A DNA stretch of 36,062 nt from a virus (taxonomy: Duplodnaviria > Caudoviricetes), in IMG/VR virus record IMGVR_UViG_3300017909_000575, positions 1-36,062 of that record. One strand, given 5' to 3'. Within the stretch, counting starts at the first letter, position 1; every line of letters begins with the position of its first letter. Below the pieces are notes generated by a model. That model made no database searches. It saw only the letters and a list, made by a program, of their open reading frames with translations, and had not been told where the DNA came from. Positions 15,605-26,370 of this stretch are shown here, in pieces. The position numbers and the translations under genes were made by a program.

Positions 15605-15831
15605 TATTCACCATCCGATACAGCAAGTTCTCCAGCTTCCATCCGCATAAACAGATTTTCGGTGTCTGGACTTATAGTCAGCGAACCTTCTTGGCTTCTC
15701 CGCAGTATTTCCGCATAGTGAGAATTATCAGGTTCAATAGGTACATAAGATTCAGTACCATCAATCGTAGCTATGATACAAGCTGGGTTGCCGTTTGAAT
15801 CATTTAGATATCTTGCATCGGTAATATTCAT
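15604..15831 (-). CDS. Small tail-fibre-associated protein (possible chaperone)
   Basis: VPIEPDNSHYAEIL motif; follows the fibre gene. Confidence 0.65.
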   Translation of the reverse strand: MNITDARYLNDSNGNPACIIATIDGTESYVPIEPDNSHYAEILRRSQEGSLTISPDTENLFMRMEAGELAVSDGE

Positions 15832-15833
15832 TT

Positions 15834-16940
15834 TTAAAACTCCGCATTTGCTGTGTATGTCATAACATACGATGTAGCCGCCGCACCGTTAATACAGGAA
15901 TGAGCAAATCCATTTGAGTCTTTACACGCCACGCCACCAGCAAAGCCTAAATTGATAGTACCACCGTAAACATTGTTTGCGGTAACATTAGCTTTATCTA
16001 AAATTGGCGCAATTCTTTTAGTTTCCTTAAAACTAACAAACCCACCACTATAACCTGAACCAAAGCTTAAGCCACCAGATGCACCTGTTGCACCCGTTTC
16101 ATAATAGCGTTGACATCTACGAACCGTGGTGCTGTAGTCTTCATGTTCAAACGGCGTGGCTGTCTCACCTACCTCAAACTGAACGCCAGTTAAATCAAAA
16201 GTTGCGCTAGATGTACCTGCCCAATTCACGATATCGGTGGGCAAATACACTGATGAATTGAATGCAACCCAACTATCTAAATTTGCACTGGCATCGGTGT
16301 AATCTGACCCCATCCACGCTTCAATAGCTAACGTTAAGCCAATACCGTTATCGTTATTAAAAACTAAATTAGAATTTCCGCTGATTGTTTTGGTCACTTT
16401 TGTCCAAGTGTTTGCCGATAAAGTTTCTGTAAAAGCAAACTGATAAGCTGGTGAATCGTTTGTTACCAAAACGATGCCATATTTACCAGCAACACTTGTA
16501 CGCACCCAAAAACTTAATGTTAAATAACTGCTTGTGCTTGTATAATTCCAACCAGAATTAGCTATATTTTGCGCTTCGATTTGTTGAACTATCTGTCGAT
16601 AGTCACCAGTGCCAGATGCTGTCGCTGTATTTGTCAGTCTAAAAAAGTTCCTAAAACCTAAACCATAAGGCGTATCACTTGAAGTTAGGCTTTCTTGTGA
16701 CCCTGTTGAAGTGCCACCGCTATAACTATTTTGCCAACGGTCAACGCTTCCATAACCATTGGTCGTGCTACTAGTGCCACGCTGGGCTATAGCCATATTT
16801 CCATTGATTACAATATTTTTGTGTGCCTTAAATGCACTATCATTAATCTTAGGTGTAGTAATAGCGTCATCCGCAATACTAGCTGTTGCAATCGTTGTCC
16901 CCGAACCAAGGAGATTTGATAAGTTTCTTGCATTACTCAT
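15834..16940 (-). CDS. Tail fibre / receptor-binding protein with carbohydrate-binding-like domain
   Basis: MSNARNL start, KNIVINGNMAIAQRG...DRW...LTGVQFEVG..ATPFEH...CQRYY; GGAG SD. Confidence 0.75.
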   Translation of the reverse strand: MSNARNLSNLLGSGTTIATASIADDAITTPKINDSAFKAHKNIVINGNMAIAQRGTSSTTNGYGSVDRWQNSYSGGTSTGSQESLTSSDTPYGLGFRNFFRLTNTATASGTGDYRQIVQQIEAQNIANSGWNYTSTSSYLTLSFWVRTSVAGKYGIVLVTNDSPAYQFAFTETLSANTWTKVTKTISGNSNLVFNNDNGIGLTLAIEAWMGSDYTDASANLDSWVAFNSSVYLPTDIVNWAGTSSATFDLTGVQFEVGETATPFEHEDYSTTVRRCQRYYETGATGASGGLSFGSGYSGGFVSFKETKRIAPILDKANVTANNVYGGTINLGFAGGVACKDSNGFAHSCINGAAATSYVMTYTANAEF

Positions 16941-16950
16941 GTTTATCTCC

Positions 16951-17559
16951 TTATTCAAACTCTGTTAAAACAACAGTGCTTACTGGATTAGTATCATAAT
17001 GGGTGGCCTGTTGATTACCTTGTGACCTATTAATATAAAAAGCATAACTTTGCCAAAGATAATGAGTTAGTGCGAAATTATAGGTAACTTGCGATGTTGT
17101 ATTTGGGTGGTCAAGCAAACTCATACTAACTGCCTCTATTTCATAAAGGGGAGTAACAGTTGTATTGTAATTATTGTGAACCCCTGTACCTCTTGGTGCA
17201 CTACCTGATGCTTGTCCCCGTATAGCATTACCACTTGCATCAGTAAGATAAGAACCACCACAAGGCGATGTATCGGCAGAGTTGAGTGTTGTTGTTGAAA
17301 CCGTTGAAGTGGCATTTTTAATAATATGAATACCCACATCATACGCATGGTTAAAACCAAGATAAACTGTAGCTTGATAAAGTATTTTACTGTTTCTTGA
17401 CCTTGGCGTAATAGAACAATTTAAACCTGTCACAACTTCCATTTTACCATTGTCTGCGGCGGAACCTGTTGCATTTAAAGTAAATGCAAAATCATCTGGA
17501 TAGTTTGTTGTGACGCATTGTAAAACTCTCCCTGCATCTTTGCCTATTAATTTTGGCAT
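16951..17559 (-). CDS. Tail fibre-related protein
   Basis: GRVLQCV...GLNCSITP...SKIL...LDHPNTTSQVTY...STVVLTE beta-sandwich pattern. Confidence 0.65.
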   Translation of the reverse strand: MPKLIGKDAGRVLQCVTTNYPDDFAFTLNATGSAADNGKMEVVTGLNCSITPRSRNSKILYQATVYLGFNHAYDVGIHIIKNATSTVSTTTLNSADTSPCGGSYLTDASGNAIRGQASGSAPRGTGVHNNYNTTVTPLYEIEAVSMSLLDHPNTTSQVTYNFALTHYLWQSYAFYINRSQGNQQATHYDTNPVSTVVLTEFE

Positions 17560-17921
17560 CAGCTAATCTCCTCATAAGAAATCAAGATGTCCAAGTCACT
17601 TGCCGCAGACGCACCGCCTCTAATGCTTGTGCCTTCTTCAAGATAAAGAACGCTGTTTTTGTCAGTCAGGACAAGGGTACTGTCTGCCGGGACAGCGATT
17701 GTCTTGCCGATGAAACGAGAGTTTGAACCATCATAATATTCAACGGTGACATCTGCGCTGTTTGTGCCATCGACATTTGAAACTAGGATTGTGTTCACCT
17801 TGAAAACCTTGCCTGATGATGCGCTGTTTGCCAGAAGAGATGTTGTTAGTGATGTTGTCAGTGCCGCCCCTACTGTTTTAGCAGTGATGGTACTTACGTT
17901 TACGATATTAGGTGCGGCCAT
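17559..17921 (-). CDS. Tail fibre-associated structural protein
   Basis: MAAPNIVNV...NVDGTN.ADVT...VPADSTL...YLEEG...SYEEIS; GGAGG SD. Confidence 0.7.
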   Translation of the reverse strand: MAAPNIVNVSTITAKTVGAALTTSLTTSLLANSASSGKVFKVNTILVSNVDGTNSADVTVEYYDGSNSRFIGKTIAVPADSTLVLTDKNSVLYLEEGTSIRGGASAASDLDILISYEEIS

Positions 17922-17922
17922 T

Positions 17923-19494
17923 TTATCCTCCGAATACAATAGCCATAGCTATCGCCTTTCCTGTTGTGGCGACATCTGCGCCGTTGATTTGAATATTACC
18001 AAGGAAGTTACCCCCTGATGCTTTTGATACTGTGTCAGCAACCGTGAATGATTTGAAAGCGTAGATGACAATCTCCGAACCTACAGCCGCATCTGATGTA
18101 AGAACAATGGATGTACCTGTGGTTGAGGTATAGTCATCATCGTGCAGAGTAACACCATCTTTAACTACAATGATGTTATCTTGGGTGTAAGATAGGGTTG
18201 CTCCATTATCGTCTACCCCTGAAAATGTATCAGTTGGTGAGCCTGATACAGTGTACTCAAAGATATTCATTGAGGCAGACCCAGCCGCAGAAGCCGCAAT
18301 CCAGTTTGCACCATCATAAACACGCATCTCATTGTTAGTCGTGTTGTAGTATAATGCACCTGTAACTAGAGCGTCACCATCGTTGTCTGTTGATGGGCCG
18401 TCAGTGCCACTGTCAAATGTTCCATAGACACCATGTGCTGAGAAGGTTGATGTAGTCCCAGTTCCAGCGGCAGTAGCAGAGTTATCTAGGTTTATCGTTG
18501 TTCCACTAATACCAATAACATTTGTTCCAGCCGGGATATTGGCAGATGTTACTTTCATACCAATAGATATACCCGTTGCGTCATCTACTGTTATCTCAGC
18601 CGAACCATTAGTGGTTGTAATGTTAGGAGTTTGATTTGCTGGGGCAGTAGCTCCATCAGCCATCGTTCCCAAGTATCTGTCATCAAAGTTATCAAGAGCC
18701 GCACCCATTGCCGCAGAGATAGCCTTTGCCGCATCTCTTGCCGCTTCTGCCGCAGTTGCATTTGCTGATGCGCTTTGGACAGAACTAATATTTGTAGCTA
18801 CTGTTTGGATAGCGTCTGTTGCGTCAGTACCATCCTCAATATGAGCGAGGGTTGTAATGTCTGCGCTGATATCTGCCAGCGTATCCATGTCAGCAACAGT
18901 TGCCGCTGTACCTAATGTGTTCATATCCGCTACAGCGTCAGTTGTACCAAGACGAGTAAGCTCTGTGGATAGCCCAGCTAATGAAGTAACTTCCGTACTA
19001 AGCCCAGCAACCGTTGTGATGTTGGGTATATTAGTAGAGATAAACTGCTTGTTGACCGCATCTTGGTTGTCTACAGGGTCAGCAACATTTGTGATGCGAG
19101 TATTGTTAGCATCCCAGCGGTTGTTAGCGTCAAGTGTGATGGCATCGTTAGCAATATCAATGGCCTCTTGTGCCATGAAAAACGCTTGCTCAGAGTCAGT
19201 ATCGAGGTCAGCTTCCTTAAACACTGAGCCAGCCGCATAGTCCACTAGGCGTGAAGTTTGGCTGGTTGCTCTGGAGATAAAGATAGAGTGACCGTTTGGG
19301 GGGTTACCAAGAGGGGACGAACCTTGAGAAAAGTCAATGATTGTACCCCCTGTGGTCACTCTAAAGTGTGTATTTAGGGTCTGTGTTACACCATTGACTT
19401 TCACGATTAAGTCGGTTTCATCCCTGTATGAAAAACCGATGGCAAAGGTAGAAATACCACCAGTACCAGATGTTCTTGTAATCGCAAAAGACAT
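17923..19494 (-). CDS. Tail fibre protein (T7 gp17-like N-terminal adapter)
   Basis: FAIGFSY...RAT...LVDY..GSV..EADLD...Q.FFMAQEAID, RITNVADP...DAVNK; follows gp16. Confidence 0.9.
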   Translation of the reverse strand: MSFAITRTSGTGGISTFAIGFSYRDETDLIVKVNGVTQTLNTHFRVTTGGTIIDFSQGSSPLGNPPNGHSIFISRATSQTSRLVDYAAGSVFKEADLDTDSEQAFFMAQEAIDIANDAITLDANNRWDANNTRITNVADPVDNQDAVNKQFISTNIPNITTVAGLSTEVTSLAGLSTELTRLGTTDAVADMNTLGTAATVADMDTLADISADITTLAHIEDGTDATDAIQTVATNISSVQSASANATAAEAARDAAKAISAAMGAALDNFDDRYLGTMADGATAPANQTPNITTTNGSAEITVDDATGISIGMKVTSANIPAGTNVIGISGTTINLDNSATAAGTGTTSTFSAHGVYGTFDSGTDGPSTDNDGDALVTGALYYNTTNNEMRVYDGANWIAASAAGSASMNIFEYTVSGSPTDTFSGVDDNGATLSYTQDNIIVVKDGVTLHDDDYTSTTGTSIVLTSDAAVGSEIVIYAFKSFTVADTVSKASGGNFLGNIQINGADVATTGKAIAMAIVFGG

Positions 19495-22400
19495 TTAATT
19501 ATTTCCTTGAAACATTATGTTAGGGACATAGTTCTGCCCTGATTTGTTGAGTTCACTCCGTCTTACCGCTTCACGATAAATGTCAAGCATACCCTGCTCT
19601 TTCATAAGCCTGATAAATGCTTGCTCTCTTACCAGATTAAGTGTTTTCTTTACTTCACGTTCTGCAAAGCCTACGTCTGATGCCGTCCCCATAGGTAGGT
19701 TCATTAGACTACCTACACGTTCAACTACACCAGCCTCACGAGTGTACTTCATCCACCTATCATACAGAGACTCTTGACCATCTTTGGTCTTCTCTTTGCG
19801 TAAGTCATAGCCGGGAAGATATTTGTTCTCGTAAGGTGCAGTAAAGTGTGTGTCACCTACTTGTGCTAGGCGGTATAGAAACTGTTCTACCTTTAGTTCA
19901 GATTCAGACATACCACGTTTGCGTTCCTCGTTAGTAATACGGTCAAAGTAAACTAGGTTTTGCATTGGGTTGGATAACCGTCTTGGATTACCTAGTGCCG
20001 TATATTGTTTAGGAACTAATGGGTCATCAGGGTTTACACGCTGACGAATAAACTGCTCTAGTGTTGCCGGGTCACCAAGGACGGGATTGTCCAGCATCTG
20101 TATCTTATAGAGCGTATTAGGTACAAAGGTCTGCACCTTCTGTCCAATCAGCTTAATGATTTGGTCAGAGCTTTCTGGGTCTTGTGCATCCTCAAAACCT
20201 TTGATGATTGCATCAACACCTGATGCCAAGTTAGCGTCACGGATAGATTGAGCAATAGAGCCAAGGGCGATAGCCGCCATGCCATATGCTTTTTCAAAAG
20301 CAGTATTGTCAATCTTCTCCCCCTGCTCTTTCCTATACATCAATGTTTCGTAACGCTCTAAGGCGTTGACCATGATTTTAATAGGTGTAGCAAACGGGTC
20401 TAGGTTACGATAACTAAAGGTACTACCATCGTTGAAACGGATAGTGTACGGCTCTAGCTCACCAGCGTTTTCTGCTTGTCTACGCTGTTTGTAATCTTGG
20501 CCTAGCGAACCTGTGATGTTACCTGTGGAGTATAATGAGAAGACTGAACCAGCAATCGCATAGGATGCTAGTGCCTCACCTTGTGCCCTTATCTGGCGTA
20601 GCTCACCATTCTTACCTTGCAAATCTGCAAAGAATTTAGGAGAGATAAGGTTTAGTCCGGGCGTTAGTCTGATACCTTCTTCAAATACACGAACAGGTGT
20701 ACGGAAGAATAACTGTCCTGCTAGTCGCATTACAGGGTTTCTATTAACAAAACCTTCGTATCCTTTTGCTAACGCTGAAGCTCCACCCTCACCAGAGAAG
20801 TCTCGCTTAAACAACACATCCTGCACATAATCCTTACCACCTTTGTTAGTGGCTGTAAGAAATGCAGATGAATTATTGTCTAATTCCTTCTTGATAAAGT
20901 TTTCTAGCTTCTTGCCAGAAAGACCACGAGAGATGCCATCATCACGGAGAACATCAATAGCGTTAGGTTCAGGCGAGTAGCCTTCATCAACAGCTTCTTT
21001 AACTTTCTTAGCAACATAAGCATCTAGTTTTGTCTTTGACATCTTCTTGGCAATACCGTCTTCCATAGCCCCGGCTGTTGCCTGACCGACTAGAAATGCC
21101 CGGTAGTGAATCTGCTCAAAGTAAGCATCGGATGCCAATAGAAGCCTAGGGAAGAAACGTATAACACCCCCCACGGGAATGGGGATACGTCTGCCAGCAA
21201 CCGTCAAGTACTTAGGAATTGTGTTGTAACCCTCTATAAACTTAGATGAGTCGCCTGTAAGCATGGAGCGTTCATATTTCCATGCTGATATAGCTGACCT
21301 CAAGGCTGTGCCCTGCATCGATAGAATAGAAGAATACGCATCCATCAATGCTCTACCAGATGCCCGACTCAACCCACTCTTCATAAAGTTGTTAAGTAGG
21401 GGCTTGTAGACCATCTTGGCAATAGAAGGAACGATGTTCACAATCACAGTGGATGGTGAGAACACAAAGCTAATCATAATCTCGTTCATAACTTTGATAG
21501 GCTTGTTTATGGCATTATAGATACCTGACATACCTTTACGCTTGAACTCAGCGTTTTTGAACTCTAACTCTTTTGTGTCCTTCTGCTTCTTGAGAGTAAT
21601 ATATTCTGGGATGTCGCCACGTTGTCTTGCGGCTTCAATCTTGATGTTTAGGTCACGGATTTCCTGCTTTGCTTCAAACTTAGCTTCCTTGTCCCTGACC
21701 AGACTTTCAAATTGCTTTTGTGCATCTGTTCGTGACAGCCCTTGTTTACGAAGAATCGTTGGATTTACACCTCGTAGGTCACCTGTATTGATACCCTCTT
21801 GCCGTGCCCGTAGTCGTTGCCCGGTTATGGTGGACAAGGCGGCATCAAGCTGGTCAATAGGTGTGATTACCTCATCAATCTTGTCAATCTCATCAGATAT
21901 TTTTTGAGCTTCATCTCCAACTTTTGTCTTCTGTAACTCAATAAGGTTGGCTACCCGTCCCTTCAAAACTGATACTGTTTGGTTGGTTACAACCTCAAGT
22001 GCCTGACTTTGACCATCTGTTAGGTCTGCCTTCAGAAGATAATCAACAAACTCATCGTTGTTTTTAATAGCGGCTTTTGTCAGTAGCTCTTTGATGGGAG
22101 CAATAGTTTCCACCAGTTCAGTCATGTTCTGAACACCATCGTCACCAACAGCGGCAACTTTCCCGGCAGGAACTGTCTTCTTAATCTTTTTAACTACAGC
22201 ATCCATAGTGGTGCGGAGTCTGCCAGCCGGAGTGTTAGAGGCTAATTTCTCTACATCCGTCATCTCTGGAAGCTCGTCTACCAGCTTTGGTAATGCTTCT
22301 GTTTTAGGTGTGACATCTTTCTTTTTAGCCGCACGAACAGCCTGTACCTTTTTTACACCAGCCGTTACACCACCACCTAGAACTCCACCTGTGGCAAAGC

Positions 22401-23073
22401 CAATCAAGCCAGCGGTAGCCGCTTCTTTGGCATCAATGTCCTCACCAGTTACAGATGTTTCTACTACTTGTCTGTTGATGTTGTCAGCAACTGCATAGAC
22501 GCTACCTTCTACACCAGCAATCACACCACCCTTAACGGACTGTCTGAGGAGTGACTTAACGCCTTCCTTAGTAGCTACTGCCGTACCTTTAGCGGCGGCT
22601 GTACCAAGCCCAAATGTAGTGATACCGATGTATGTTGTAGGGTCAGTAAGAACGCCTTTGAAGAAACGCCCTGTGCCAGCAAATGACATCCCAAGGTCAT
22701 CATATGAGTCCATCATGTAGAGGAACGCACGTTTCTGACCGTCAGTTGCCCCGGTGATGCGAGAAGCATCAAGGGTCATTTTGGGTAAGTTGTAGTTAAA
22801 CCACCCCATCATTTCGATGCCATACTTGGCATACGCATCATCTGTAAGTGGTTCAGCATACTTGCTGTTATTCATCTCATAGATGACTTTTGATGCCGCT
22901 ACAAAATCACGGTCATTGATAAGGTCTTCATCATAGAGAGTGATATCGGATGGGTTACTGTAGGTTTGATTAAACCCACCCGTGTTAGCTTGTTGTGGCT
23001 GTGTCGAGAATGATGGTTGGGTATCCCCTTGGTTTGACCTAATAAAGTCAGAGTATGTACCCATTTCATTCAC
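19495..23073 (-). CDS. Internal virion / ejection protein (gp16 position)
   Basis: About 1190 aa, helical, FFRTP motif; synteny. Start may be 23064-23073. Confidence 0.8.
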   Translation of the reverse strand: MNEMGTYSDFIRSNQGDTQPSFSTQPQQANTGGFNQTYSNPSDITLYDEDLINDRDFVAASKVIYEMNNSKYAEPLTDDAYAKYGIEMMGWFNYNLPKMTLDASRITGATDGQKRAFLYMMDSYDDLGMSFAGTGRFFKGVLTDPTTYIGITTFGLGTAAAKGTAVATKEGVKSLLRQSVKGGVIAGVEGSVYAVADNINRQVVETSVTGEDIDAKEAATAGLIGFATGGVLGGGVTAGVKKVQAVRAAKKKDVTPKTEALPKLVDELPEMTDVEKLASNTPAGRLRTTMDAVVKKIKKTVPAGKVAAVGDDGVQNMTELVETIAPIKELLTKAAIKNNDEFVDYLLKADLTDGQSQALEVVTNQTVSVLKGRVANLIELQKTKVGDEAQKISDEIDKIDEVITPIDQLDAALSTITGQRLRARQEGINTGDLRGVNPTILRKQGLSRTDAQKQFESLVRDKEAKFEAKQEIRDLNIKIEAARQRGDIPEYITLKKQKDTKELEFKNAEFKRKGMSGIYNAINKPIKVMNEIMISFVFSPSTVIVNIVPSIAKMVYKPLLNNFMKSGLSRASGRALMDAYSSILSMQGTALRSAISAWKYERSMLTGDSSKFIEGYNTIPKYLTVAGRRIPIPVGGVIRFFPRLLLASDAYFEQIHYRAFLVGQATAGAMEDGIAKKMSKTKLDAYVAKKVKEAVDEGYSPEPNAIDVLRDDGISRGLSGKKLENFIKKELDNNSSAFLTATNKGGKDYVQDVLFKRDFSGEGGASALAKGYEGFVNRNPVMRLAGQLFFRTPVRVFEEGIRLTPGLNLISPKFFADLQGKNGELRQIRAQGEALASYAIAGSVFSLYSTGNITGSLGQDYKQRRQAENAGELEPYTIRFNDGSTFSYRNLDPFATPIKIMVNALERYETLMYRKEQGEKIDNTAFEKAYGMAAIALGSIAQSIRDANLASGVDAIIKGFEDAQDPESSDQIIKLIGQKVQTFVPNTLYKIQMLDNPVLGDPATLEQFIRQRVNPDDPLVPKQYTALGNPRRLSNPMQNLVYFDRITNEERKRGMSESELKVEQFLYRLAQVGDTHFTAPYENKYLPGYDLRKEKTKDGQESLYDRWMKYTREAGVVERVGSLMNLPMGTASDVGFAEREVKKTLNLVREQAFIRLMKEQGMLDIYREAVRRSELNKSGQNYVPNIMFQGNN

Positions 23074-23075
23074 CT

Positions 23076-25145
23076 TTAATTATTTGCAGACATAAACTGC
23101 TCAACAAGTTTCTGTATAGCGATTTCGCCTGTTTTATCAGCACCATCAAGACCGCCAAATCTAAAGCTACTATCGTCTTGAACACCAAGAACCTGTGCAA
23201 TAATTTCTTGCACTAAGTCTTCGTTCATGTCTCTGCCTTCTAACAGCTTATTGATTTCAGCTATTTGATTTTCGTTTAAGTTAATTGACTGACTACCAAC
23301 ATCTAACTGTTCATCTCTATTCAGAGGTAGACTAGCAACCCTATTGGACTCAGCTAAATCTGCGTCAGCTTTTGCTTTAGCCTCTTCGTTAGCTTTAATA
23401 AAGTCATCAATACGGTCTGCATCAAGAGGGTCTTCAGGGTCAAGGATACGGAAGTTTTCATCATTATTAGGGTCACCGCCCAAGAAGATGCCGTAAGTAT
23501 TTTCCCCAAGCTGGTAAGTACGGTTTGTTTGTAACTCCGCTGGACGAGAAGTCTGGTCATTTGGAATAGCTAAATTAACTAGCTCATTAAATTCTTCACG
23601 AGCTACAGCGTTTGCTCTATCTAAGAACTCATCCTTCTGTGCTGTAGGTAGTTCTTGTCCGGGGTTTTCTTTCTGCCACCTACGATATAGGCGAGAGAAC
23701 TCCCGGTTAAATGTTTGTGTAACCTCAAGCTCCAAGTCCAAGTTGTTTTCAAACTTGAGAAGCCCTGCGTCAATCTTGGTTCGCATAAAGTTGGATATAC
23801 GCTTCCCAATGTTAGCTCCGAAGAAATCTTGTGTGTCTTTGTCACGAAGAATAGAGAAACCTTTTTCAGCGTCTTCTAGTCCTGCCTTAACAGCTTCAGC
23901 GTGTTCAGGACGGATAGACTGACCATCAATGTAGGTTCGTAGCTGTGCCATCGAAGGCGTTTGTCCTGCTTCCATACCCATCCATGTAAAGTCACCGCTT
24001 TCATAGGCAGAGTTAATTTTATCTGCAAGGTTCTGAGCGTCTGTAGAGCTTTGCTGTGGGTCTAGTGTAGAGGTAAATTGCTTCCGTTCTGCATAGTCAA
24101 ACAATTCAGAATTATCTTTGTAATCTGCTAAGTTAATTGGGTCACCATTGATGAGCTTTTGGTTAATCTCGTTTTTCCCTGCTTCAACTTCTAGCCGTTC
24201 AGCTTCAGCGTTCATGGTTCTGTTTTGATTCCATCTTTGAAATCTAGCAGAATCAATCTTACCCCGGTTCTCACTTAACTTAGCCGAAGTAACTTCACCT
24301 TTTAGAAAAGGCATAGCGTCAATAATTTTTTCAGCAAGAGGCTCTTTGTCAGGGTTGTTAATGTCGTACTCAATTAAAGCATCAACAATAAGTCCTTTAC
24401 GCCCTACTTTATCAAAAGAAGAAACCTCAGAATCAATAGCGGTAATACCATCAACAAGTAATTGAAGTGACTCTTCGTCACCATTCCAGTTTCCAAGTGT
24501 GTCTAAAAGATTGTAAACTTTGCCAGTAATTACCTTACCTTCACGGTCACGAGTAATTCCATCTCGTTTAATAGCATGGTTAATACTCATCTCTTTGATG
24601 GCACGGTTTACACCATCTAGCGCACCACCTTGAGCAAACTCAAAAGACTCTTTTGTCTCTTGGTTAGTTGTTGCTTTGATTGCTGATTGCTCAAGTTCAT
24701 TATAGATACCTTCAAGAGCAGTCTTATCCATGATGATGTCATCACCAAGGGTTGACAGCTTTTGTTTTGCCATCGAATAGAAAGAACTAGAAGTTTCTCC
24801 TGAAACAATCTTGGCGATAATTGCATCTGAAAGGTCAGCATAATGCTCTTTTAATTGGATAGCGGTAATCACCCCGTTATCAGATTCAGCCACCATACGA
24901 CTTGCATGGGCTTGGGCTTTCTGTGTATCCAGCGCAATCCGTTCTTTTTCACGTTTTGCTTCAGCTTGTTGAGAAGCTTTTGTCCCTGCCGCACCTAGGT
25001 TACCAAAAGCTTTAGCTAGTTGGTCAGCCGCTGTGTTTTGTGGCATGGGCGGTGGGGGTGCAAAAGCATCAATCGGACGGGCGGCAGAGATGCTTGTCTC
25101 ACCTTCTCCCGGCAGATTGCCTATCGGCCTTCTTGGTTCTGCCAT
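23076..25145 (-). CDS. Internal virion / ejection protein (gp15 position)
   Basis: Size, helical composition and synteny. Confidence 0.75.
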   Translation of the reverse strand: MAEPRRPIGNLPGEGETSISAARPIDAFAPPPPMPQNTAADQLAKAFGNLGAAGTKASQQAEAKREKERIALDTQKAQAHASRMVAESDNGVITAIQLKEHYADLSDAIIAKIVSGETSSSFYSMAKQKLSTLGDDIIMDKTALEGIYNELEQSAIKATTNQETKESFEFAQGGALDGVNRAIKEMSINHAIKRDGITRDREGKVITGKVYNLLDTLGNWNGDEESLQLLVDGITAIDSEVSSFDKVGRKGLIVDALIEYDINNPDKEPLAEKIIDAMPFLKGEVTSAKLSENRGKIDSARFQRWNQNRTMNAEAERLEVEAGKNEINQKLINGDPINLADYKDNSELFDYAERKQFTSTLDPQQSSTDAQNLADKINSAYESGDFTWMGMEAGQTPSMAQLRTYIDGQSIRPEHAEAVKAGLEDAEKGFSILRDKDTQDFFGANIGKRISNFMRTKIDAGLLKFENNLDLELEVTQTFNREFSRLYRRWQKENPGQELPTAQKDEFLDRANAVAREEFNELVNLAIPNDQTSRPAELQTNRTYQLGENTYGIFLGGDPNNDENFRILDPEDPLDADRIDDFIKANEEAKAKADADLAESNRVASLPLNRDEQLDVGSQSINLNENQIAEINKLLEGRDMNEDLVQEIIAQVLGVQDDSSFRFGGLDGADKTGEIAIQKLVEQFMSANN

Positions 25146-25157
25146 GTCTCGTCCTCT

Positions 25158-25694
25158 CTATGTTCCAATGTTTGTCTCAAACCAATTATCAAATGCTTCA
25201 GCCGCCGAGCCTGTCATATTATTCGCACCAATATTGATTGCTGTTGCCAACAGGTTGGGTGTCTGAGGGGTTGGTAAACTATTCATTCTAGCTACCATTC
25301 TGTTAATAGCTTTGGTGTTTTGGTCACGGATGCTTGCCATTATGCTTTCATAAGACTTGTCATCTCTTGTCTTTATTTCACCTTCTTTGAACTTAATAGC
25401 ACGTTGCTGTGCCCGGACAGAGTTACCACTTACGTTGCCTTCCCCAGCCATAACAGTAGCCTGTGAAGCTACTTCCATAGCGGCTCGTCCTCTATCGACA
25501 CTGCGCTGGGAAAACTTGTCGGCTTGCTCACGGGTTTGCCTAAGAAGGATAGCTTGGTCAATGTCTAAAGCAGATTGAGCATTAGCTGTAGCAATCTGAT
25601 TTCGTAGCCCTGTCATCCTGTAGTTGGCTTGTGATTGGGCGTAAGCTGACCCAATTTGCAACCCACTTGTAACTGCGGCAGTTGGCGTACACAT
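25158..25694 (-). CDS. Internal virion protein (gp14-like)
   Basis: MCTP start, GEGNVSGNSV motif; synteny. Confidence 0.82.
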   Translation of the reverse strand: MCTPTAAVTSGLQIGSAYAQSQANYRMTGLRNQIATANAQSALDIDQAILLRQTREQADKFSQRSVDRGRAAMEVASQATVMAGEGNVSGNSVRAQQRAIKFKEGEIKTRDDKSYESIMASIRDQNTKAINRMVARMNSLPTPQTPNLLATAINIGANNMTGSAAEAFDNWFETNIGT

Positions 25695-25696
25695 CT

Positions 25697-26155
25697 CTAA
25701 ACATCCTTAATAAGCAAGTGAAAATCTTCACCGCCTTGTTTGTAAATTTTATCTGTATCTACAGTAAATCCATTCCATTTAAGCCAGCGAATACTTTTCG
25801 TGTTTGTTTTATGAACAAAGTTGAATACATATTTGTAAGGTGAGCTAATTTGGTCTACCCAATATTTAGATATTTTAAGAAAGTCTTTTTTTAGCTCATC
25901 TAATTCATCTGAAGCTAACATCCAGATACAGCCAGCATCTTTATTATCTGGTGACTGTACACACCCAAACATAAATACAACTTGTTCTTTACTATTTAAG
26001 CCAGAGTAAACCACACTATTAGGCATAGTAAATCCACTATATAATGCTTCGTATGGAGTGTGGTCTACGGCTTTTACTTCTAGCAAATCTATTTGCCGTA
26101 GTTTAGGTGCTAAATACATAGCATCCATAGGGTGAGCCTCAACGATTTTAAGCAT
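25697..26155 (-). CDS. gp13-like protein with GNAT/acetyltransferase-like fold
   Basis: LRQIDLLEV, IWML, NFVHKTNTKSIRWLKWNGF. Confidence 0.82.
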   Translation of the reverse strand: MLKIVEAHPMDAMYLAPKLRQIDLLEVKAVDHTPYEALYSGFTMPNSVVYSGLNSKEQVVFMFGCVQSPDNKDAGCIWMLASDELDELKKDFLKISKYWVDQISSPYKYVFNFVHKTNTKSIRWLKWNGFTVDTDKIYKQGGEDFHLLIKDV

Positions 26156-26166
26156 TTAATTTTACC

Positions 26167-26355
26167 TTAAACTTGGCGTGAACCTACAATCGTGCATTTA
26201 TACTCAATTGTTTTCCAGTTACCGTCTTGAGGTAACTCTTCATGTAACTGTTTCATTTCGATACATTGTGGCTTTTCTTCAAACCATTGTACTGTTTGAT
26301 TAACACAATGTAATTCACCACAAACGGTCAACAGTAAACTCCATATTACTTCCAT
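26167..26355 (-). CDS. Small Cys-containing protein (DUF1482/YebW-like pattern)
   Basis: WSLLLTVC....C......F....QC; AGGAG SD. Confidence 0.65.
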   Translation of the reverse strand: MEVIWSLLLTVCGELHCVNQTVQWFEEKPQCIEMKQLHEELPQDGNWKTIEYKCTIVGSRQV

Positions 26356-26370
26356 AATATGTCTCCTAAT

